Assembly: GCF_001194135.2 (NCBI RefSeq) | Contig: NC_068994.1 | Location: 57,508,634-57,572,633, forward strand | Direction: 5' to 3' | From: Octopus bimaculoides | Lineage: Eukaryota | Length of the DNA: 64,000 nt | Shown here: piece by piece, positions 53,639-64,000 of the stretch | Position numbering within the stretch: the stretch's first letter is position 1 | Layout: the number at the start of each line of letters is the position of its first letter | The notes under the pieces: generated by a model | Seen by the model: only the letters and a program-made list of their open reading frames with translations | Database searches by the model: none | Told to the model about the DNA's origin: nothing | Made by a program: the position numbers and the translations under genes

Positions 53639-53757
53639 GTTTATTGGTCAAAGTTCTATCGTCACACATTCTGTGACCTCTTTAATAACTCTCTGTTCTT
53701 CAACGTGAAGATCAAATATATAGTCTGTGTGTTTACTGGCAATATGGCCGTCCCCAA
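53539..53757. mobile_element. MITE-like element with imperfect terminal inverted repeats (related end at 1531-1562)
   Basis: Left end tagggatggtccttttgccagtaaccaaac; right end gtttactggcaatatggccgtcccc. Confidence 0.45.
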
Positions 53758-54950
53758 ATATAACAATATCTGTTTCAGAACACGATTTCACATCAAGGGT
53801 CTTGCAAACCAAATACATAAATGCATTTATTCTATTATTTAGTAATTATCTTTATTTATTTTATTGCGTATTTAAAAATGTTATTCTCATAATTTTCGAT
53901 TTCGTATTTATTAGTAGTCAAAGCATTGACACAGTTTTGTAAGCTTCGATCTTTTCATGACATGAAATTTGGTTAACATATTCGCTCTTCTTTCAAACGG
54001 TTGCATGTTCGTTCTCAGCGTCCGGCAACTTTGGTTGCGAGTGGTTTCTAATACAGTACTCACTTGACTCATATGAAGTCCATATAAAAACACTATTCTT
54101 GTTGTTGGAAAATAGATTTAATTCAGTATCCGTTTAACTCTATCAAGTGGCCCTGTTCATACCTTTAGCGAAAACCACGGTGGTGCAGATATTCAAACTA
54201 GGTCTCCTCTCTGAAAATATTAAAATCCTAAGCAGATTTCTGTTAAGTTGCTAAGGACCGACTATGCACCATACGAACGCTTTTAAGCCAAACCCACTGG
54301 GTAAAATATTTAACTGAACGTTGTGTAGGCAGCCAAAAGTGCAGAAAGACACTGCGTTATTTGTCTTGAGGGAGCTTCTCGTATAGACGCATAGTACTAA
54401 AAAGCAAAAAAAACTATGTTTGACGAACATATGGTGAGAGTATACACCTCCTGCTTATGAATCACAAACAAGCAGAAATCGCATGATGTCACAGTTTCAC
54501 CGCTGGTGCTCAACATGTTTTGTCTGCTGCTGATATTTCTGTGATTTTTTAAAACTATACGTCGATACGAGGTGCTTTGAAAGACGAATACTGCAGCAAT
54601 ATGACGTGCTTAAGGTATATAAGTATGTACACGTTAGCTAAGATATAACGATTTCAATGTATGCATGTATATACACACATGTCTGTGATGGTGTGTGTGT
54701 GTGGTGAGTAAAGGATACAAATGATATGACTACGGGTGTTGTAGTGTTGATCAATAATGTGCTGGATCAGAGCTAACATGAGTCTAAACAACAATAACAA
54801 TTTCATTTAATTGATTTAATAAACAGAGGGAGTAATGTAACTGACGAGTGCTGCGTTGTAGTGAAGTGAGAATGTCATTTCAAAATATCTTTCTCTGGAT
54901 AAATCACTGTAAATTCATTTTATAGGGTGTTCCACATCAAAAACCCAATC

Positions 54951-55282
54951 GTCAATGTCAACGACTCTTGATAAAAATCATCGACTCCACTAGACAAGGT
55001 CAGCGACTCCACTAGTCAAGATTCCCGACTCCACTTACCAAAGTCAGTGACTTCAATCGCCAAAGTTAGTGACTCCAGCCGTGAAGGTCAGCGACTCTAT
55101 GTCACTATCAGTGATTCCAAATGTAAAAGCCAGGAGCACCAGTCGTCATGGTCAACGACTCCAGTCTTCAAAAGTAATTACTTTGGTTGTCAAGGTCAGC
55201 GACTCCAGTCATCAAGGTCAGTGACTCTAATTATGAAAGTTAGTGGCTTCAGTTATCAGAGTCAATGACTACAGTCTGCAAC
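54951..55282. repeat. Divergent 22-bp tandem array (about 15 units)
   Basis: Units such as caaggtcagcgactccactagt, caaagtcagtgacttcaatcgc, caaggtcagcgactccagtcat. Confidence 0.85.
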
Positions 55283-55719
55283 AACAAAGGGGCGAGAATT
55301 ATAGCTTCTAGCATGTCGACGTCTTCCCCCCAATTAACTCTGTAACGAGATCGCCCATCACTTAGAACTCTCAAATATGCGCTACAAATAATGACTGGGG
55401 TTTCGTTTTGATGGTATGTATAGGCCAGACACTCATTGGTCAAAAGTACTGAGAAATAAGATTACATTCTCTTTGATTGCTGGTGTTCTAAGTTGCGATA
55501 TATTTCGCTCCTTTGCTTTTTTATTCCTGTTAATTTCAGGGGATATTACGGTAGTTTTAGAAAGTCTTTACGTTCGTCCAGTTGCCTTAGTCGTTAGTCT
55601 AGATTGATCACTATTGCACATTTGCATCTTGTTATGCAGTTTGTGATATTTCGTTTGATGCGTGAGAGACGACACGAATAAAAATTTAAATATTAGCCTC
55701 TTTAAAAAATATGTCTGTT

Positions 55720-55990
55720 GTTATCCTGGAATCCTATAATTTAACGAGGATGTTCATGAATGGAAGCTTATTCTTGCTAACTTCCATTGTAAATTTAATG
55801 AACAGATGGAAGGTGTTTACGATGTTATGAAACATATGCAGTTCTTTTTTTTTCTGATCTATTCCAAACTGTCCAATCTGAAAGTAAAGGCGTATATAAT
55901 ATTGAAATTGCGATGTCCATAGCAGTGAACTAATTAAATCCTTAATCAGTCGATAAAATGTCATGTTAATGAAATACGCAATCAACTAGA
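55720..55990 (-). mobile_element. Penelope-like element RT relic
   Basis: ELHMFHNIVNTFHLFIKFTMEVSKNKLPFMNILVK matches the PLE RT motif LN..HP.IKFTME.E....LPFLD+LV. The catalytic YVDD region is decayed. Confidence 0.7.
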
Positions 55991-58299
55991 GCCGAAACAA
56001 ATGCCACCGATCGCTGTATCCTTCACCTTCAGTTTGCGGTGTATTATACTCCAATTAGTTGAGTGTTATAATTAAACCAGTAATGAAATCTGCACCAAAT
56101 TTATCAATATTTCTTTCAGAAAACAATAACTGCACTACAAGAACAAAGTTTCTTTTCAGCTGCTAAAAATGTATGAGAGTTAGACCATGCATACCACTGT
56201 GTAGAAAGTTCAAAAGAACCAAAGCAACCATATCTTGGAGAGTGTCTGTTCTATGATGACACCATACACAACTTGTGAAGTGTCAAATGAAACTAGTGCA
56301 TCTTCATTGCCAGGAGCGAACCATGAATCCCAAAAGCACCCCCACACGTTATGACTAATCCATCGACTAACGAAGATGAGAATCAAACGGAGGCTAACGG
56401 GGCAGGGGAAGAATAACAAAAACAAAAATAAACCCGATGGAGGTAAAAAGCAAGAAAATACTCTTAAAAGATTGCGAGGTGATGCACACTTTCTGTCATA
56501 AAGTACTTTTTTTCCGCTGAGAGAGAAAGAAACCATATTTTATGAAAGAGAACCAGTGAACTGCGAGCTGAAACGAAATGAAATTCATAGCCATTCGCGA
56601 AAATAATAAAACAGTGTTCTGATAAGATATGTATGAAATATCCATAAGTGATATGCAAATGAGAAGGAAATAGGATTGTATTTTAAACCGAATAACAGAA
56701 ATAAACACAGAGAACAATAGTTCAAATCTCAGATAGACTTTACAGAGTAAAGTTCGACGATAAACACAAGGCCTGCAATTTTTGGGGAGGAGAGGTTGAC
56801 CAGAGTTCACCTAGTACTTATTTCATTGACCCTGGAAGGATGAAAAGCAAAGTTAACCCCAGCGGAAGTTTACGAAATGATATTTTATAACAATACACAA
56901 GATGTGGCTTCTCACTTGCCAAATTGAACACAAGTACTTCCCGAAGATTTTCGTCTTTCTACTTTGAACAATCCAATAAGGAAGTACACAGCAGACGTTA
57001 TCAGGGAAGTGGGGGTACCTTGGTTAACACAAATTTAGATTTTAATTATTATTTTTTTTTATATAAAAATCTCGTTTTATTTATCGCATGTGTTATAATT
57101 TTTTAATATTTATTTCCATGTAAATTTGTGATTTATAAATTTTGAATTCGTCCAAGAAAATATTGTACACTCATACACGCCTTTCCTCGTCTTCGTATGT
57201 TTTCTCTGCCCAACCCCACATGTGTGAAGCTCCCTGTTTATTGTTACATTGTAGCTTTCTGTATCCCTTCAAGCTCTTGTGGCAAATAAAGAAAAGATTA
57301 TCTGTTGTTGTTGTTGGTGTTGTTGGTGTTGGTGGTGGTGGTGGTGGTGGTGGTAGTGGTCATCATCATTGACACCACTGCTACAGTACAAGGAAGTCAC
57401 ACCAAGCCTTTACTCTGACTTTGCCAAGAAATTCGCCGTTTTTTTTTTTTACGTGAAATCCCACATTTGCCTATCGTGGTAAGGAAACCAGCGCGATAGA
57501 CGCGATCGTTGCCTCTGTAAAACAGGTACAAACTCGCATTGCTGCACATTTAAAGAATAAGAAAACTTTGTGAATTCTTTCCAGCCTGGAGAAAAGTTTG
57601 GTCGTGATAAAGCTGAATGTTGTTCGCCATAAATAGACATCTGGTTTTCGATAATTATCATCGTGTGTGATGAAGGTGAGCGGAGCATCCTGAATATAGA
57701 AAGGTTACACAAAGACAGTGGTTGATCGGGTCCTGGTATGGAGATAAACATAAAGAGAGAACATGAAAATATTTGAGAAATTCTTGACCTCTTCATATAC
57801 TAAAGAGCGCCCAGTAGTCGGTAGTGGTAGGTATCAGACCCACACTACTGCCGACCCTACATCAAAAGCAGCATCTACAAGAACCAAACCAGTGACAACA
57901 AACTCAACTAGAGCCGCAAAAGCAGAAGCAAAATAAATAAGAGTAGAAGCAGCGGTTTAAGCAAAAACGTTAACCATAACCAACATCACGAAAGGAAGCA
58001 AAAAAAAACAAAATCGATTTCAAGGTCAAAAATGAAAACAACGAATACTAAAACGATGAAGGAGAATGTAAAGAGAGATTTACTGGACGAAAGGAATTCC
58101 CAAACATAGAGACAGTTGAAGGGAAATGATCTCATTTTTGGCTTTTTAGAAAGAAGCACAACAAAATGATTTTTTTTAAATCTCCTTTGATATATCTCCT
58201 ACTTATCAAACGAGTTGATCGGGTCAACAGGTCTTTCGAGGACCTTAATGAGTGACTTTCTCAGTTTTCTTTCTTTAATCAAAATTTCTTCACTCAGAT

Positions 58300-59900
58300 A
58301 AATGTTTGCTGACTGGGTTCAACTTGTTCGACGAGTTCAGGTCACTGGATATAGATGTGATGGATATTAGAGAGACCAGAATCTCTGGAGCAAACGTACT
58401 CGAGCCCATTTTCCATGACTACAAGGTATACTCATTCCGTGATCTCTAAGGATCTGAAGAAGGGTCGGCGTATTATTCGTGAAACCTTTAGACTTCAATG
58501 GACTGACAATTGTCTTGGACCCGTATCTAAAAAGAGTCTTTATCTGACCAGCAGATAAGAATAGCAGAAATTTGTGGTCTACACGATCGATATAGATAGG
58601 GCCCGTTGATAGAAATTCAGTTACTGGAAAAACAACAGGATCGGATTGGCAAACTAGGGGACAGTTGTCGAAAGGAATTTTCGACAACCAGCGATGATGA
58701 TCCTGAGGAGGATGAATAGAGAGGATCGGTAGCGTTTATTGAAGAGTTCTTAATAGAGAGATTGTTTGAGGAGTTACACGACCAACAGACTAGCGGCGAG
58801 AATAGCTTTTAGCACAAAACACAAATGTTATGTTGCCAGGGATAATGCTCGTGTGCTAAAAAACTGTAGGGAGCTAATAGCTTTGCAATAGGCCGGAGAG
58901 GGCGAAGAATGACATAGAAACCAAACCACAATCTAGTATTTGATGAACATAGACGGGCGCGAGATACTCGGTTCTGAACAGATGTGTATGGCTTTCTAGC
59001 ACTAATTGGTCCGACACTTAGAGGCGGACAATGAATTGTAAACGGTAGTGGAGTTTACTGCCTACCTCGTCGGCCTGTTGCGATCAACGGCAGAAGATGA
59101 TAAAGAGACGGGAAGGAGTTGCACGAGGAGCAAATATCCTGGTTTGGAAAATCTAACCTGATATTGAAGAATACATGCTAGATTTGTTGGGTAGCCTCTT
59201 GGAAGATGTCTACCGCAACTGGCTGTGGAATAAGAGAATTCCAAGTGCTGTGAACTGAGGAGTGGTAATGCTGCTGAAAAAAGGATACCAACAAGAGATA
59301 TGTTGTAGACAACACTTGGTCCATTACAGTGATAAACGCAAACTTAAAGAACATAAGAATGTTTGCATCAATTCCTACCCCAGTAAAATATCACTGACAA
59401 AGTTGTGGGACCCGTACCAAGTTGGATCAATTGAAAGCTTTCGATAAAGTTAACCAGGAAACGAACTCATTTCATAGGCTTGCTCACTGCAATGTACAGC
59501 AGCTTCTTCTCGGTAATGATCACTCGTGGAAACCGTTTCCGTATCGCGAAATTCGTATCGTATCGCGAAATTCGTATCGTATCGCGAAATTTCCACTCAA
59601 GCCACCTTTAGAGGATTTTTGGCAGAGTTATATCAAACAGCAGCTGTCGCGCGTAGGGTACATACGACTATTGGCCGAGTTCTCATAGACATTTCCAACT
59701 TTCACTTGAAAAATGGGAGTAGGGTTAAAGTGGTGGCACCGTTCTCAATGAGAGTTTGGAAAATGGTAAGAGTAGATGTGATTACTCTGAATATCCATCT
59801 GAAGGCTGGAGAACGACGCATGCTCTTTGTCTCCAGAATGATCTTGTGGAGTTATTCGATCGGTCCTAGATTCACGCTCTTTTGCACCAGGAAGGCGGCA
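58300..59900 (+). mobile_element. Degenerate L1/Tx1-clade LINE (APE endonuclease and RT fragments)
   Basis: FRSLDIDVMDIRETRISGANVLEPIFHDYKVYS (APE N-terminus), LLEDVYRNWLWNKRIPSAVN*GVVMLLKK and LDQLKAFDKVN (RT). Many stops. Confidence 0.75.
59539..59594. repeat. 19-bp tandem repeat (cgtatcgcgaaattcgtat) x about 2.7 inside the LINE relic
   Basis: Seen directly. Confidence 0.8.
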
Positions 59901-59901
59901 C

Positions 59902-59936
<35 letters not shown>

Positions 59937-60363
59937 CTATTATTATTATAAAATAATAGTTTACAATTTGTATACTATATTATGTCATCTTTGTTCGCAT
60001 TCGATATTTCTTTATAAAACTCCACATTTCGCTCTGTCTCTCTCATTTGTCTCTTCATCATGTTGGCAAATAAAAAAATCATTATTATTTTAATTATTAA
60101 TTTATTACTTTTAATATTAGTATGATCATCATCAGCAGCAGCAGCAACATTATCATCGTAATTTTTTGGTGCCTTCTTTTATAGACGGCGTGGCGATATG
60201 TAATTTATAAGAATCAACGACTCGTACTGGCTTCAGGTATTAAGGATATCAACATTAGAAATATTAAAATAAGCAAAATCACAGCAACATTTGAATAGTG
60301 GAAGTTAATAACATTCAATGCCGGCGACTTTCACCAGATTGTCGCCCGGCAATACCAATGTCT

Positions 60364-61560
60364 TTATAACATAGATGTTTCAATATCGTTTATCTCGGGT
60401 CCACGGATGACATTTGAGTTTTCACCATTCATATGGCGATGAATGTCTGAATTATCCCAATTATTCTTGCTTGGTACTGGATTCCCAGTTTCTTTAGGTT
60501 TCTTTAATATATGTGATCCATTTGTCGTCTGCTTATTATTATTGGCAAGCATGTAATTTCGAGCAATTCCAACTCGCAAGCGTCTGAGATTATTGCGACT
60601 TGGCAAACTGTCGTAAGATGGCGGATGAAGTTTTGACGAAGAAGAAATATGCAGACGTGGTGTACGTTTTTCTTGTGGTTCATTAGAACGTAGTTTCGAC
60701 GAAGTCCCAGGTCCCATCTCTTCGGCTGGTAGTTCAATTATTTGTTCAGTTTCTATCAACTTTTGCAGCTGATCCAAATCTTCCTGAGCTTTTTTCTCAC
60801 GTTTCTCTGCTTGTTGCATGGATTGCATATGTTTGTAGTACATGACGAAATTACTGACGATAATAGGAACAGTGAAACCGACCATTAACAAACCAGTGAC
60901 AGCACATAACGAGCCAACAAGGTACCCTGCGTCACTTGATGGAGACATATCTCCATAACCAACCGTAGTCATAGTGATCAGTGCCCACCACATACCAATG
61001 AGAATATTGGGGAAATTTTCCTCCTCGGCGTAATAGATGAAAGTAGCAAACATAATCATACCGACGTTCATAAAACAAATCATCAACAACAAATCCCAGA
61101 AACTGGCTTTGAATGTGTACAGCATAATCCACAAGCCTGGGACATAACGGACCAAGCGGAAAATCCTGAGGGCACGAAATATTCTTAAAAAATTCACGTA
61201 GTGCATGGTTTCCAATGCAACATTAGTCTCAGCTGTGTTGGTAACAATGATGTCGATATAATCAGGGAGAATTGCAATGAAGTCCACAATATTCAAAGCA
61301 TCCTCAACGAATTTTTTCCATTCTGGACAAGTGAGGAACCTTGTGATTAAATCAAATGTGAAGAATGCGAGACAAATAAAATCGATTGTGATCAATGCCG
61401 GATGAGGCACAGTGAATAATGTAGCTTCAGAGTTCGTTCTGTTTCTGTGTAATCGTCCCAAAATGTCACGTTCCCCTTCTACTCGGCCGACGGGATGAGT
61501 AGCTATGATGAAAGACAATACGGACAGTATAATAAACACAACTGTTATCATGCCATAAAT
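60364..61560 (-). CDS. Kv channel-core exon, copy C (Shaw/Kv3-like, S1-S6 plus longest C-tail)
   Basis: Same motifs, with TTVGYGDMSP. Acceptor cgacag|ATTTATGGCATG at 61561/61560. The tail contains PPSYDSL and ends ETSML*. Confidence 0.92.
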   Translation of the reverse strand: MYGMITVVFIILSVLSFIIATHPVGRVEGERDILGRLHRNRTNSEATLFTVPHPALITIDFICLAFFTFDLITRFLTCPEWKKFVEDALNIVDFIAILPDYIDIIVTNTAETNVALETMHYVNFLRIFRALRIFRLVRYVPGLWIMLYTFKASFWDLLLMICFMNVGMIMFATFIYYAEEENFPNILIGMWWALITMTTVGYGDMSPSSDAGYLVGSLCAVTGLLMVGFTVPIIVSNFVMYYKHMQSMQQAEKREKKAQEDLDQLQKLIETEQIIELPAEEMGPGTSSKLRSNEPQEKRTPRLHISSSSKLHPPSYDSLPSRNNLRRLRVGIARNYMLANNNKQTTNGSHILKKPKETGNPVPSKNNWDNSDIHRHMNGENSNVIRGPEINDIETSML

Positions 61561-63024
61561 CTGTCGATAGAAACAAAACAAAAAGAAGCAATTAAAATAT
61601 GTTATAATCTTTAATAACGAACAAAAGTCATTTATCGTAGACAGTGGCACCAATGAAAATATTAGAAACGATTTGGAAGGCAACACATGTGTACAAAAAT
61701 AAAACCATTAAACGTATGTTAATAATCCATGAAACAAAATATTCAACCAATTTTTACCACACCATTGGGAAGAGTATTACTGGCGAGGAATAATAAAAGA
61801 CCTTTTTTTATACCTCTATATTGTATTCCAGGAAGAATATCCTCGAACTTCTTCCATTTTACTTGGTCGTTGGACCTATAAGAAATATGAGCCAACTCTA
61901 CCTCAAATTTGACCTTATCGTCTCAGATAAAGAAAAGACAAATTGAATAAAGAAATTCTAAAAGTACATCTTAAAACAGTGTTTTTTGCCAAACTGGGAT
62001 CGTATGACCCCTAAAGTTCAGTCGGTCCATAGAAAAGTTTGGGAAGTAGGTGGTGTCACAGACAAATGAAAAGAACCACACAACTATCAATCCGGTTTCG
62101 CCTAAAATTTTTTATTACTGTCTGTAACACTTCGAAATTTACATACTAAAATATATATACACGCACATACAGAATTTACTTTCTACAATTGAAAGTCTAT
62201 CATGAAAGGAAAAAAGGGTTTATTTAATACTTCGATAATAATTCATTATTGATCAATCATGTTTCAAGTTGGCATTGGAAAGTCTTGGATGAATTAAATA
62301 TTATGTTACTGCTTTGAAGTTCATATATCCGATAACAATCTCTAAAGGTAATTGCCTGCTTCCGTTTTTTTTTTTTTTCTTTTTTTGCTGGACAAGCAAA
62401 AATGAAGCCAAAACTGACTGTGATGACATCATAGAAAAACCTTGAGAGCAAACAAAGGAAGGAACCATTGTGAAACTAAAACATATAATTGGAAATAATC
62501 GAAAAGAAAAAGGATACAGTAACAATTTGAAGGATTCAAAACAAAAATTCAAAAAATACCACCGAAAAATTGATTCATTGTAGCAAAGTTAAGACGTTTA
62601 AGAAACACAGGACATTAAATCAGTAGAGAAATGAAGGAGACTGGAGAATAAATACATTTGAGAAAAAGATGCAAAGCATTATGATGCTGGCTAATATCCA
62701 TACATTTCAAGTTAGATAACGAAACCATAAATGTGGCCGAAACGGGGAAAATATGAAAAGAAAATATCTTTTAAAAAAAAATTAATATTTCTCTGAACAA
62801 AAGCCACGCCTGCACCTATCCCCCACTTTTTTCAACTGTTGTAACCCATTTTACACAATTTTCTCTCAGGTGCAGGTGTGGCTGTGTGCTAAGAAGTTTG
62901 CTTCCCAACCACATGGTTCCGTGTTCGGTCCCACTGTGTGGCACACTGAGCGCATGTCCTCTACTAAAGCCGACTACAGCTTTGAGAGTAGATTTGATAA
63001 ACGGAAACTGAAAGAAACCCGTTG

Positions 63025-63085
<61 letters not shown>

Positions 63086-63870
63086 ATATATCTAGCTATA
63101 CGCGTGTTTATGTGTGCATGTGTTTATCTCCCACCCACACCCGCTTGACAATCGGCGTGGATTTGTTCAACAAAACCGTTCGAGGTTTTGCCCCAGCGTG
63201 GCTGCAATCCAATGATTGAAACAATTCAAAGATAAAAGACACATACCTCAGCCTCGCCTAAACAAACACAATTTATAATTAATGACACCATATTCTCCTC
63301 AGTAGACAGAGTTTTATTTTATTGCTCGTTTCGTTTTTACATTTTTTATTTTCCTTCGTATTTCCTGTGCCTTGTTTCAAAAATTACCCAATCGAAAATA
63401 AATATCAGAATATAACTTATTGTTACAAAAAAAAAGCCATATTTTCTCTTTTTTTTTTTTTTCAAAAGTCATTCGTACAGTTTCGTAGTTCGTTATTGAT
63501 AAATAACCACCGAAAAGAGTCTTTTGTACTCGAATATAGATTCAATCGAAATAAAGCATAGCGTCCGATACATCTTGGAACATAGCAGACAGAAAGTATG
63601 GCGCATCGTCGACGTCTGCTTCTTTTGTTCTGAATCGGCCTTCACAAACATCCCTGAAGCTTCTTGGGTTCACGAAATGATGCATCCGAAGATAGGGACA
63701 GTAGAGGTTCGCTTTGAGTTGTACCATTCTTCTTTCTCATATGTAACACCTCTACGTAAAATGATAGCAAAAATCAATAGCTTCAATGAGTGTCATATAG
63801 TTTATTGATCTCACATTCAATCAATCAAATCGCAACCAACGCGTAAACATTGCCTCATCAATATCTGCTT

Positions 63871-63917
<47 letters not shown>

Positions 63918-63962
63918 CACACACACACATGATATGCATGTGTGTATGTATGTATATATATA

Positions 63963-64000
<38 letters not shown>

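Noticed and set aside
63524-63808. Overlapping short ORFs upstream of copy C, checked as a possible T1 exon (ends MLYFD*)
   Set aside because: No NVGG or FW/CCW motifs, stops in all frames and no suitable phase-0 donor.

Overview
AT-rich animal genomic scaffold, dense in microsatellites and SINEs and broken by many N-gaps. The repeat style suggests an octopod cephalopod short-read assembly; this species call is inference. The only clear protein-coding content is three tandem minus-strand paralogous exons (A 40612-41427, B 47330-48415, C 60364-61560), each encoding the whole S1-S6 core and C-tail of a divergent Shaw/Kv3-like voltage-gated K+ channel. Each exon begins at a homologous phase-0 splice acceptor just before S1. 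I could not find a T1 (tetramerisation) exon between the copies. The locus may therefore be one gene with a shared 5' exon outside the window and a tandem array of alternative channel-core terminal exons, or a set of T1-less or orphan duplicates. The copies are a patchwork of near-identical tracts. All share PVP->TVP in S6 and a neutral first S4 charge, and they differ mainly at extracellular loops. The remainder is tRNA-derived SINEs, relics of maT, hAT, RTE, Penelope and Tx1/L1 elements, and several short Penelope-type minimal hammerhead-ribozyme motifs, one inside an insertion flanked by a 15-bp target-site duplication.
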